64,000 nt of DNA from Nitrospirota bacterium (GTDB taxonomy: Bacteria; Nitrospirota; Thermodesulfovibrionia; Thermodesulfovibrionales; UBA9159): positions 64,001 through 128,000 of the forward strand of contig CAVOUE010000004.1 in the NCBI GenBank assembly GCA_963699545.1, written 5' to 3'. The notes below the pieces were generated by a model. The model made no database searches, was not told the origin of the DNA, and saw only the letters and a program-made list of their open reading frames with translations. Positions 28,343 to 37,954 of the stretch are shown piece by piece. The position numbers and the translations under genes are program-made. Position 1 is the first letter of the stretch, and every line of letters starts with the position of its first letter.

Positions 28343-28838
28343 TCCTATGCCTGCCCCTTCATTTTCTCGATGATCTTCATGGTCTCCACTCTGACGGTGC
28401 AGACCCGTCGGGGGTGACGGATTTTCCGTTTGTCCCAAGCAGGGAGATTTCGGTCACGAGTTCGAGTCTTTCTTATGGGCGTATTTGTTCAAGAGATTGT
28501 AGGATGCATTTCTGACCGTGGTCTCGTTCCTTGATCCTCCGAATTGGTGGATTCGGTCGAGCTTGGCATAATACTGATTGATGAGCTGAATAGACAACGA
28601 CTATCTTTTCTCCCTTTTCATATGCAACAACGTAGTCACTCAAAATTGTACTACAAAGGGAATAGGACATTCCATATTTTTCAGGACATTCAAGCATGGG
28701 GACCTTGGGTGTGGTTCTCGATATTAAAGGTGAGCTTTTTAGGGCTGATTAAGTTCTTCTTGAGTGAAGTCTGAAGACCTGACCATCAGGCGTCTCCTTA
28801 AGGGGATCGGCGGAAGACGACGGCTGCCCGTTCTATCG

Positions 28839-29732
28839 TCACAAGAGACAGTTCAATTTCGCCAGCAGCCCTGAGGCTATCAGACTGCCCGCGGTGCCTT
28901 CCAGAATGTTCCTGACTGTGTGGAGGCTTTCCCTGATGATCCTATACTTGGGCTTCGGGGACTTCGCCTGCGTTTCCGCCGTGGCGATCTCGGCGTCAAG
29001 CTCGTCCTTCGTCTCGCGGGGCAGGTTAATATCCGCCACGGCTTTCTTGATCTCGTCCAGGACCGACAGGACTTTCGAAACGTCCAGTTCATTGACGGTC
29101 ATCGACTGGCTGCTGTCGCGGGTGTCCTGCTGGAGCTGAGACTGCGTCATGCTGCCGATATAGGTTCCGATGTGATAGGTTCCGGATGATGCTGCGTGCT
29201 TCTCTTTCAGCGTAAAGGTCATGTTCTCCCCGGTGATGCCATCCTCTTCGAGCTTTAGCGTCCAGTTGAGGATGACGTTTCTGACTGAGTCAATTATTCC
29301 TCGCAAAACCGAAGGATCGATAATGAGGGCGGGCTTGAGGGCGGCAGCACCCTGGAGTTCGATCAGCATTTGCTCCTGGTCAGGCGGATAACTCATGACA
29401 ATGATGCTCGACTTGTCGTTTGTCAGAAGCGATTCCAGTTCTCCCACTGCTTGGCCCTGAGGATAGCATGAGACCACTTCGGCAAGCTTTGCTGGGAGAC
29501 GAAATTCAATCCAGCCGTTAAAAGGGTTCCAGCACCTTACCTGTCCCCTGACATTTCGATACTCGGGGATGGCAAGTCCCTTGCTGTATCCGCCAAGTTC
29601 CGACTCCGCCCAGAGCTGAAACTCCTTTATCCCCAACTTTCTGGCAACGACGAGCGCCTTGCGGAGAAGATCGGTGATCTGCACTTTCGAGTCGAGCGAT
29701 TCTCTTTGAAGTTCCAGTACCAGTGATCCCAT
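28839..29732 (-). CDS. AbiTii-domain protein, copy 2
   Basis: Same N-terminal signature plus WNPFNGWI; C-terminal third highly similar to copy 1. Confidence 0.85.
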   Translation of the reverse strand: MGSLVLELQRESLDSKVQITDLLRKALVVARKLGIKEFQLWAESELGGYSKGLAIPEYRNVRGQVRCWNPFNGWIEFRLPAKLAEVVSCYPQGQAVGELESLLTNDKSSIIVMSYPPDQEQMLIELQGAAALKPALIIDPSVLRGIIDSVRNVILNWTLKLEEDGITGENMTFTLKEKHAASSGTYHIGTYIGSMTQSQLQQDTRDSSQSMTVNELDVSKVLSVLDEIKKAVADINLPRETKDELDAEIATAETQAKSPKPKYRIIRESLHTVRNILEGTAGSLIASGLLAKLNCLL

Positions 29733-30230
29733 GTTCAATCTTACTACAAACGGGTCTTTTTCCTCTATCTCCCATTGAGTGCGCTGCAATCTTTCCGGTA
29801 TAGATGTCACCTGAAAGTCCTCACCTTAGACCAATCGCCAAGGACGTTGATTACCAGAAATAATTGTCACACTGGAGGATCCATTATGCAGCTTCTTAAT
29901 GCCTTCATAGAATCCTACTGGAATCACTCTGGAATCCCCATTGACCTTATTGTCAAGAAGGTGTAGATTTGAAATAACCATCACATCATAGGGTCATCCC
30001 ACTTATCTAAATTCTTGGAAGAACACTTTTGCTGTGCGCTGGAAGACAGATGGATTGACCAAGGAACGGAAGCGGTAGTAGAATTTGATAGATCAAAGGG
30101 GCTCTCTCACGCTCTGATCAGCATTGATGTGTAAACTTAGGGATCTGGAATAGTGTCATGAATGGGTCTTAAGGTACACGGAATCGTGGGAAGTACTAGC
30201 GACTTGATACCCTCATGGTAGGAGGACTAT

Positions 30231-33200
30231 TTGGCTGTTGACCCAATTTCTTGGGCAGTTAATTTTGGTCTAACGACACTAGCAAGAGGCACCTTTGAGG
30301 TGGCCTTTAAGAGCCTCTCTGCTAAACTTGAGGGTGCCGTAAGAGACTGGAGCAACGAACTACCTGCCGATGTCCAGTTTAATACCGAAGCGTTATTCGA
30401 TGGTCTAAGACGGGACTACGAGAAGTCAGACTTCCCTGCGCGTACAGCCCCCGGTAAGGAATTTGAAGCGTCTCGCATTCCGACGATGGACATGTGGCTT
30501 CAGGCGCTTCTTGAAAGATGGCAATTTGTGCGCAGAGGTAACAACGTACAAGAGTTCTTCAAGCAGCCAATAGATGTGGCCGAAGCTCAGCTGCGGACTC
30601 TATCTAAACGTCTTGAAACAGTTTGCGCACAGAACGAAGAGCTATTTCGGGTTACCACTTACGAACTGATATCAGCTTTGGCTGCTAAATTTGTTCAGCC
30701 AGAGCATCCGCATTTCCCAACGGCCCTTGTCGATCAGAAAATTGAGGATGAGATCAATGTATGCCGGAAGTGTCGCTTCTTCGAAGAGTTTGACACGGCT
30801 GGGTCTTCTCTGAGACTCGCAAGAAGTCTTCTGGACGGAGAACTGTCCGGCGGTACAAATGCGGCAAGGAGCCGAGCACTATCTTGGTGCGTTCGATTTT
30901 TGGCACGAATCGAAGACGTAGAAGAAGCAGAAGAGTATCTCAGAGTTGCGAAAGCATTAGGACTTTGCCCTGAAATCGAAATCGCCAATGCCTTCATCCT
31001 TTCGCAGAAGGGTAATAAGCACTCTGCTCTAAGTGCCCTGGCTGAGATCGATTTGCCAATATCTCGATCCGCGGCTTTGATGATTGTTGCGCATCACGAT
31101 GGCCCAAAGGCGGCAATTGACTGGCTTAATGCCGCAGGGATCGAAGCTGCGGACCTTGATCCTGACGGTAAATTTTTTCTCTTAGTGCGTTATCTTCAGC
31201 TTTCTCGTTGGGAGGCAGCTCTGAAATGCCTGGAGATAGTGACAGAAGATGATTTGATAGAGACACCGGTCCTCCATCGCATGATGGCAATCACACGCCT
31301 ACTACCTGCGGTCCCCGCCGAGTTTCGCGCTGTTGTGCTTAATCAGCTTCCGTTTGAAGCGGCAGACTTCCCACTTGCCTCAGACTCGGCTGCTATTGCA
31401 ACTCGCAAAGTAGCGCAACAGCACTTTGTGAATGCTGCGGAGTCAGCACGCCAGTTAAACTGTCCTGTTGCGGCAAGAATAGATGAGGAGTACGGACTTT
31501 GGCTTCAACTAAGAGATCCCGAAGAATTTGGAGAGGGAAAGAAGCATCTCGAGGCTAAGCTTCGTGATCCCGAGTCAGCTCTTCGCCTCGTTCATCTTGG
31601 CCTCCAATTTGGGATCAAGCTGGACTTGGAAGCAGTTGAAAGGGAGATTGAGCGGCAAGTTGCTCTCAATGGAGGAATGACTCGTGACGCGGCAATTGCC
31701 CGCTTTGCTTTGGCTTTTACCCAAAAGACTCCAGAGGACATTGCGAGCTATATCGCCCGGCATCGTGACGAGCTTGCCGACTACTTTGATAAGAAATCTA
31801 TGCAATTTCTTCAGATCGAGATGCTTGCTCGCGCTGAGCTGCCAGAGAGAGCGACTCAGTGTCTGGAGAGTCTTTTGCGAGATGGGCTTTCCGAAGAGGA
31901 GGAAAGTCGTCTTCGGCGAATAATTGCTGAAGCAGAAGGGACTGATCCGGTTGAGGCACGAAAAGAACAGTTTATTAATACAGACTCCTTGGGTGATCTG
32001 ACAAGCCTAGTTAACGAACTCGAAAACAGGGGGGGATGGGATGGCCTATGCGAATACGGTGAAATGCTGTTTGACCGAACGCACTCTTTGCACGATGCTG
32101 AGCGTCTGGCTAGAGCGTTTGCCAACGCACAGAAGAATGAAGAACTCGTAGCATTTCTAAGAAATAACGAAACTTTCTTACTGCAGTCTATGAAGCTGCA
32201 AATGCTTTATTGCTGGTCTTTGTACCATGAGGGCGCGTTTCTGGAGGCTCGCGCAGAATTGGTAAAGCTAAGTGAGGATAGAGATGATCCTAACTATCGA
32301 GCACTACAAGTAAATCTAGGAATCGCCTTGGGCGATTGGAATTCTATTTTAGCCATTATAGCTAATGAGTGTCGGGAAAAAGATAAGAGGGGAGCTGAGG
32401 AGCTGATACGTACAGCTCACTTGGCATTTCATTTGGGTTCGACAAACGCCAAAGAGTTGGTTTTTGCAGCGGCATCTAAAGGCAGTGAGGACGCTGGCAT
32501 ATTGACTGCTGCCTATTTCTTGGCTTCAAACGCTGGGTGGGAAGACGATCCAACGGTTTTTCAGTGGCTTCAAAAGGCCGCAGCGCTTTCTGGCGACGAA
32601 GGTCCAATCCGAAAGATGACTTTGAAAGATATTATAGACCGGAAACCAGAGTGGGAGCGTCGAGAGTCTGTTGCATGGCAACAGTTGAGCCGTGGCGACG
32701 TGCCTATGTTCGTTGCGGCTCAAGCGCTAAATAGATCTCTTGTTGGTTTTATGCTTTTCCCCGCTCTGGCAAATTTGTCGGAGAAGGATCCAAGGCGGAG
32801 AGCGAATATTGCTGCTTTTAGCGGCAGACGACATGAAAGACCTTTTAATATTGGAGGATTAATTGGAATAGATGCCACAGCCTTGCTCACCCTGAGTTTC
32901 CTTGACTTGCTTGATGAGGCATTAGACGCTTTCGACAAAGTCCATGTGCCTCATTCGACCCTTACATGGCTTTTTGAGGAGAAACAAAAAGCTGCATTTC
33001 ATCAGCCAAGCAGAATAAAGGAGGCACACCTATTGCGTAATTTGCTCGCTACAGATGCACTAGAAAAGCTCTTGCCTAATACTGTGCCGGATAGTGATTT
33101 GTCTGCTCAGATTGGCGAGGAACTATCACTGCTAATAGCAGAGGCCGAGAAGGCTAGAAACCAGGACGATCCGCAGCGCATCGTTGTTCGGCCATCTCCC

Positions 33201-34418
33201 GTTCATCGGGTCGGATCTCTGATGGAGGAGGAGGCTGATTTGACAGCACACGCTGCTGTGTTGAGCAGTTGTCAAGCCATCGTAGACAAATTGAGGGGCC
33301 AGATTACAGCCGAAGACGAAAAGAAGGCGCGCCTTTATTTGCAAATTCACGAGAAGCCGTGGCCGCATCAGCCGGAGATAATGGATGGGGCAATACTATA
33401 TCTGGGTGATTTGTCTGTAACTTATTTTCTTCATCTTGGAATTCTGCAAAAACTACGAGCCGCGGGTTACAGGCCAGTTGTTTCACCGAGAACGGTGTCC
33501 GAAGCAAACGAACTGATTTCTTATGAGAGCATTTCTTCCAAGGTAAATGACGCAATAGAACGCATAAGGGCTGCCGTAAACTCACGAATAGAATCAGGGA
33601 AAATAATAGTAGGAAAACGAATCAATACCGATGAGCCAATAGAACGCTCAATATCAGAACATCCAACCGTTGCTGTCATAGGCCTGGCAAAACAGTGTGA
33701 TGCGATCATTGCCGACGATAGATTCCTCAATCAGCATGCCAATATCGCTGATCCTAGCGGTCTGAAGCCCGTATTTTGCACGTTAGACCTTCTGCACGCA
33801 CTTGCCGCCGCTAGGTCTGTAAGTCCTGAAGAGCTATTGGAACATAGAACACTCCTTCGACGGGCTGGGTACTTCTTTATGCCCGTAATCGAGGAGGAAC
33901 TGCGACATCACATAGAAGCTTCTACAGTCAAAGATGGCAAGGTCATTGAAACAGCTGAACTGAAAGCGATTCGCGAAAACATCCTTTGCGTCCGAATGAG
34001 GACTTGGCTTCAGCTTCCAAAAGAGGCACTCTGGTTGCAAATGTTGCTAACGACGTTCCTCCGAGTTCTGAAGGGCCTATGGAGAACCGGCGCTGAGTTT
34101 ACCAAGACTCGAACACGGGCAGACTGGATCATCGAGCAGATTGACATGCTTGGCTGGGCTCACAGCCTCGCTGGCGAAAGCAGAGATAACATGGTCAAAA
34201 CTGGGCGAGGTGCCCACATTCTGTTGCTTCTGGCACCCCCTGCAGAAACAGTGCCAGAGGTCGTGAAGGAGTACTGGCTTTGGCTGGAAGACAGGGTCTT
34301 AACTCCAATCAAAGAACAAGATCCTGATCTGTATTCCTGGATCATTGAATGGGAGCTGCAGCATATCGCCGATATAGCAGGGACGGAGTTGCCCTTGGGG
34401 GGGCAAAATGGCCAATAA
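30231..34418 (+). CDS. 1395-aa helical-repeat protein with C-terminal PIN-like region(s); candidate defence protein
   Basis: AGGAGGA RBS and TTG start; long helical region; GIDATALLTL..L..L and AIIADDRFLN acidic PIN-like motifs. Confidence 0.7.
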   Translation: MAVDPISWAVNFGLTTLARGTFEVAFKSLSAKLEGAVRDWSNELPADVQFNTEALFDGLRRDYEKSDFPARTAPGKEFEASRIPTMDMWLQALLERWQFVRRGNNVQEFFKQPIDVAEAQLRTLSKRLETVCAQNEELFRVTTYELISALAAKFVQPEHPHFPTALVDQKIEDEINVCRKCRFFEEFDTAGSSLRLARSLLDGELSGGTNAARSRALSWCVRFLARIEDVEEAEEYLRVAKALGLCPEIEIANAFILSQKGNKHSALSALAEIDLPISRSAALMIVAHHDGPKAAIDWLNAAGIEAADLDPDGKFFLLVRYLQLSRWEAALKCLEIVTEDDLIETPVLHRMMAITRLLPAVPAEFRAVVLNQLPFEAADFPLASDSAAIATRKVAQQHFVNAAESARQLNCPVAARIDEEYGLWLQLRDPEEFGEGKKHLEAKLRDPESALRLVHLGLQFGIKLDLEAVEREIERQVALNGGMTRDAAIARFALAFTQKTPEDIASYIARHRDELADYFDKKSMQFLQIEMLARAELPERATQCLESLLRDGLSEEEESRLRRIIAEAEGTDPVEARKEQFINTDSLGDLTSLVNELENRGGWDGLCEYGEMLFDRTHSLHDAERLARAFANAQKNEELVAFLRNNETFLLQSMKLQMLYCWSLYHEGAFLEARAELVKLSEDRDDPNYRALQVNLGIALGDWNSILAIIANECREKDKRGAEELIRTAHLAFHLGSTNAKELVFAAASKGSEDAGILTAAYFLASNAGWEDDPTVFQWLQKAAALSGDEGPIRKMTLKDIIDRKPEWERRESVAWQQLSRGDVPMFVAAQALNRSLVGFMLFPALANLSEKDPRRRANIAAFSGRRHERPFNIGGLIGIDATALLTLSFLDLLDEALDAFDKVHVPHSTLTWLFEEKQKAAFHQPSRIKEAHLLRNLLATDALEKLLPNTVPDSDLSAQIGEELSLLIAEAEKARNQDDPQRIVVRPSPVHRVGSLMEEEADLTAHAAVLSSCQAIVDKLRGQITAEDEKKARLYLQIHEKPWPHQPEIMDGAILYLGDLSVTYFLHLGILQKLRAAGYRPVVSPRTVSEANELISYESISSKVNDAIERIRAAVNSRIESGKIIVGKRINTDEPIERSISEHPTVAVIGLAKQCDAIIADDRFLNQHANIADPSGLKPVFCTLDLLHALAAARSVSPEELLEHRTLLRRAGYFFMPVIEEELRHHIEASTVKDGKVIETAELKAIRENILCVRMRTWLQLPKEALWLQMLLTTFLRVLKGLWRTGAEFTKTRTRADWIIEQIDMLGWAHSLAGESRDNMVKTGRGAHILLLLAPPAETVPEVVKEYWLWLEDRVLTPIKEQDPDLYSWIIEWELQHIADIAGTELPLGGQNGQ

Positions 34419-36345
34419 TTCATACATCAGGGCAGTTTTGGTTCAAGCAGCTTTGGAGTTGGCTCCCCCGCTAATACGTGAGACACTGTTGGATGATGCG
34501 ACCTTTCGGAAAACGTATGGTATTAAAGCGGACGGTCTGCTTTCCTTCGCTGAATTTGGCGTATTTGTCCGGAGGTCGGTTTTATTTTCTGCTGTTCGGT
34601 CTGTTTTTATTGGCAAGCCGGAAGTGAAAGTACGGGACACCCAAGGTCGAAAATGGAAAGTGAAAAGAATCAACGGCGAAAGCAGCCTCCCAAAGCTTTC
34701 CCTTACACGCGGTCAGCAACAGCTCATTCTGCCTGACTTGTGTGCCCTATCTCCCGATCAGGCGACACGCCTCCGCTCCCTTGATAAGGCCGCTTCTGAC
34801 GTCAATCTGCCCAACAGTTCACAAGAGCAGTGGCGCAAGATTCTTGCAGAAAGCCCTCTCGTAGATGATGAGATTGCCTCGTATCACGGTGAGTTTCGAG
34901 AGACGCCAGTAGATAAGGCTCGCTCAATACACAGAGAGATTCTTAAAGGGCAGAGCAGCATAGCATCTCTGGTTCCCAAGTCATTGAGATACTTTGAAAG
35001 ACTCGTAGGCACATATGACGGCAGCGCCACTATTAGAGATTATGCAGGCGGTTGTTGCAAACGATTTTTTCATGAATTGTCTGCCTGGCAACCTTACAAA
35101 GGGTTCTTGTTTTCCCTTTTTCTGTCGTCTCATTCTTCCTTGCCGGCTGAAATCACTGTCGATCGGCTTGGCCCTGAAGAACTCGTGCGGGCTTTCGATC
35201 TTCTGGAGAAGCGGGGAGACAGAATCTCGCAATTGGGTGCGATTGAAATCGGCTTACGAGTCCTTTCGTCAAGACCAGAGATTGAGCCAAGTCTTATTCG
35301 TCTTATTGAGTTGGTTCGTGACGATGATGCTACTGGACTGACGAGCGGCTTCAAGCTCCTCTCAGCCTTGTTCATACTTGTGGATGGAGAGTTGTCAAGA
35401 AACCGACTATTGTCAGGCAGACCACCTTTCTACAGAAGATTGGCATCCTTGGCCCAAGCTGCGCTTATTCAGCGTCAGCTCATGAATTCGGACGCTAATA
35501 TCAATCTATTTTGTGAATGGGCGATGAGCCATCGTGTAGGGGAATTCTTTTTGCAGTCCCTCACGGATATGCGGACAGAGCCGCGCTGGAATCCCCATCT
35601 TTCGGCTGCTACACAAGTGAGGGAGGATTCTTTGGGCCGCATCATGATTGCGGCCAAGAACTACGAGCAGAATATAAAAGGGGGAAAGCTATTTGATCTT
35701 GTCCTCGGATCTGCGCCGGAAAGCGTCCGATCCCACACTGATTTCTTATGCCCTTACTTCCCCGGGCCGTTAGAGGGAGCCGAGGAAACGCTGAACATTT
35801 TACCCGCTGAAATGGTAGAGACGATAAAGAATCAGGTCAGGGCAAGCGAGGTAAGCCCATCCTCCTTCATAGCTCTCGTTAATTCCGCCTTAATCTTCAG
35901 CCTTGGAACAGACGAGGCCGCATTGGCGGCCGAGGCTCTGAGGCTTGGCAGTTATCGACTTGCAAACGTAGAAGACAAACAACAGCTTCTGTCTGTATTG
36001 AATGGATTGGCGACAGTTGCCGCTGTCACTAGGAGTACAGCACTCGCGGACGACTTGCGTATTCTTGGACGCAGATACAGACGCGATGCTCAGTATGTGC
36101 TGTCTATCCCAGAATCCGTAGGGATTTGTCTCGTTGCTGCTGCAAGCCGTGCCGGTCTGAATGATTGGAGAGAGTTTGTCGGTGATTGGCTGACCGAACT
36201 GGCGTTTGGCGACTTGGAGGGGGATGAGAGTGAAGTGCTCTATTGGCACCTGCAACACCTCTGTCATGCGGTGCCTGAATTATGGGTTTCTTGTGGAAGG
36301 GCGGATGCGGCCCTGATGGCGTATAATGCCACTCTTCATCTATGA
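34408..36345 (+). CDS. 645-aa hypothetical protein coupled to the upstream gene
   Basis: Long ORF overlapping the upstream stop by 11 nt. Confidence 0.8.
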   Translation: MANNSYIRAVLVQAALELAPPLIRETLLDDATFRKTYGIKADGLLSFAEFGVFVRRSVLFSAVRSVFIGKPEVKVRDTQGRKWKVKRINGESSLPKLSLTRGQQQLILPDLCALSPDQATRLRSLDKAASDVNLPNSSQEQWRKILAESPLVDDEIASYHGEFRETPVDKARSIHREILKGQSSIASLVPKSLRYFERLVGTYDGSATIRDYAGGCCKRFFHELSAWQPYKGFLFSLFLSSHSSLPAEITVDRLGPEELVRAFDLLEKRGDRISQLGAIEIGLRVLSSRPEIEPSLIRLIELVRDDDATGLTSGFKLLSALFILVDGELSRNRLLSGRPPFYRRLASLAQAALIQRQLMNSDANINLFCEWAMSHRVGEFFLQSLTDMRTEPRWNPHLSAATQVREDSLGRIMIAAKNYEQNIKGGKLFDLVLGSAPESVRSHTDFLCPYFPGPLEGAEETLNILPAEMVETIKNQVRASEVSPSSFIALVNSALIFSLGTDEAALAAEALRLGSYRLANVEDKQQLLSVLNGLATVAAVTRSTALADDLRILGRRYRRDAQYVLSIPESVGICLVAAASRAGLNDWREFVGDWLTELAFGDLEGDESEVLYWHLQHLCHAVPELWVSCGRADAALMAYNATLHL

Positions 36346-36424
36346 TTGGCTTTTTATTTTCTGGCATCCATAGATTTCTGCTTATAACCTCCATTTAGTT
36401 TCGGCTTCTTGACCCTCTCGACTA

Positions 36425-36752
36425 CTGTGAGAAAGGTGCATTAGACTCTTGAGCGCGGTCTTTTTTGTGAAGCAGGAAGGGGAGGGCTACTTTATCCCGT
36501 ACTTCTGCAGCCTATGCCTGAAGGAACGGAAGGAAAGGTTCAGCAGTTTTGCGGCGTCGGTCTTCACCCCGTCGGTAAGGGTAAGGGCTTCGAGAAGGTA
36601 TCGCTTCTCGAGTTGAGTTATTAATGTTTCCAGGTCGATGCCCTCTTTTGTCAGATCGGGAACAGCCTTTGCTTCAGGCGAGGAACTTACTATCTCTGAT
36701 GGCAGGTCCTCGACCGATATCTCCTCGTGCTCTGTAGACATGAGAAGGATTC
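36425..36752 (-). pseudogene. Displaced copy of the pilR 3' end (~265 bp coding plus 62 bp downstream)
   Basis: Direct repeat of 37895-38220 encoding the same Fis-type HTH C-terminus, with diverged codons. Confidence 0.97.
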
Positions 36753-36766
36753 CTCAATAGCACGTT

Positions 36767-37024
36767 TCATTTCCACATGGTTTCATCTATTGTTTCAAAA
36801 TCCTTTATCACCTTCTGGAACTCTTTATAATCCTTATCGCTCCAGGTTCCTGCGAGATGGTTTAAATCATTATACACAACCGTCCTTTTTTTCTTTTTTA
36901 GCCCCAGTTCTTCCTGAAGAAGTTTTACCAACGCTGCATTAACGCTTGTGCCTTCCTGTTTTGCTTTTTCTTTTAGAGCCGTTACCGTCAGCTCATCGAG
37001 TCCTCTAATTGTCATCGTTGACAT
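36767..37024 (-). CDS. FitA-like ribbon-helix-helix antitoxin
   Basis: MTIRG.D......LK..A...G.SVN and DL..LAGTWS; AGGAGG RBS. Confidence 0.85.
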   Translation of the reverse strand: MSTMTIRGLDELTVTALKEKAKQEGTSVNAALVKLLQEELGLKKKKRTVVYNDLNHLAGTWSDKDYKEFQKVIKDFETIDETMWK

Positions 37025-37037
37025 GCTTGCCTCCTGT

Positions 37038-37436
37038 TTACAAATTTCTCTTCTGTAAAATAAGACCATCGATGTTGTCAAAATGCTCATCATATGTGAA
37101 GAGCGCAAGCCCATGCCTCATAGCGGAAGCTGCCACCCATAAATCGTTAGTCGGGACGGGCTTGCCCTTTCTCTTCAGGTCCCAGTATACCCGTGCATAA
37201 AACTCTGCAGTTTCTTCATCCATTTGAATAAGATCGACACGCGGGGAATCAAGGAACTGCTCAAGCTCTTTCCTGTTGTTTGCTTCTTTGTTCCCGCCCC
37301 TAAAGCCACTCAATAATTCGCCCAAGACAACAATATTTATGCCTATATATTCTACTGTTCTAAAGGTGCTTACGGCAGCAGCTTCGTTTTTTTTGAAAGC
37401 AGCATATGCATTTGTATCAATCAGAATTCTTTTCAT
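37038..37436 (-). CDS. vapC: VapC PIN-domain toxin
   Basis: ILIDTNAY, VLGEL..GF, G.PVPTNDLW.AA.A, TYDEHF. Confidence 0.93.
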   Translation of the reverse strand: MKRILIDTNAYAAFKKNEAAAVSTFRTVEYIGINIVVLGELLSGFRGGNKEANNRKELEQFLDSPRVDLIQMDEETAEFYARVYWDLKRKGKPVPTNDLWVAASAMRHGLALFTYDEHFDNIDGLILQKRNL

Positions 37437-37460
37437 TTGTTTTTGTCCTTTTTAGTAAAA

Positions 37461-37505
37461 TGCTTTCACATAATGATAGCATATTGCTTTCATTGTGTGC
37501 CATCA
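37461..37505. promoter_or_regulatory. Four TGCTATCA-like RHH operator half-sites
   Basis: TGCTTTCA (37461), TGATAGCA (37474), TGCTTTCA (37485), TGCCATCA (37498); resemble the FitAB operator half-site. Confidence 0.65.
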
Positions 37506-37524
37506 CAAAAAGTATTTATAAACT

Positions 37525-37740
37525 TCAAACCTCCAGCACCACCCATGCAAAACGGGTATTAATCTGACCGATAACTTTTAAAACATCTGAAGTCGGATAA
37601 GTAAGGTTAAAAAATGCCTCCGGATTAGCTTCAATTCTTCTGGGAGATCCGGACGTCAGATTTGCAAGATCAATGATCCCCTCGATCCCATCCTCAGAAA
37701 TGGTCTCTGGTCTTGGCTTTAGGTATGCTGAGTAACCCAT
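37525..37740 (-). pseudogene. N-terminal fragment of a DUF499-like ATPase
   Basis: PR.E......GIIDLAN and P..FF.LTYPT resemble DUF499 N-termini; only 71 aa. Confidence 0.55.
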
Positions 37741-37954
37741 TTATTTGTCTATCCATTCAAAATAATAAGAATTATACCCATAATAAGTATTAAAAGAATA
37801 GAGCGAGTTAATTTCCTGGGCTTGGCCGATGCTTGTTGCAAGGATTTCCACAAGTAACCCTCAGAATTCTGAAGACCATCTGAAGTGCTTGTTCCTGTGA
37901 GAAAGATGCATTAAACTCTTGAGTGCGGTTTTTTGTGAAGCAGGAAGGGGAGGG

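Larger units (their letters stand above)
22481..37894. mobile_element. Accessory toxin-antitoxin/defence island between convergent fdhD and pilR; no recombinase recognised
   Basis: Five TA-type pairs, two AbiTii genes, a large PIN-like pair and a DUF499-like fragment; punctuated by gene-end duplications; visibly more AT-rich than the flanks. Confidence 0.85.

Noticed and set aside
28350-28780. Short ORFs between the two AbiTii genes
   Set aside because: No recognisable motif or RBS; possibly gene debris, but no call can be supported.
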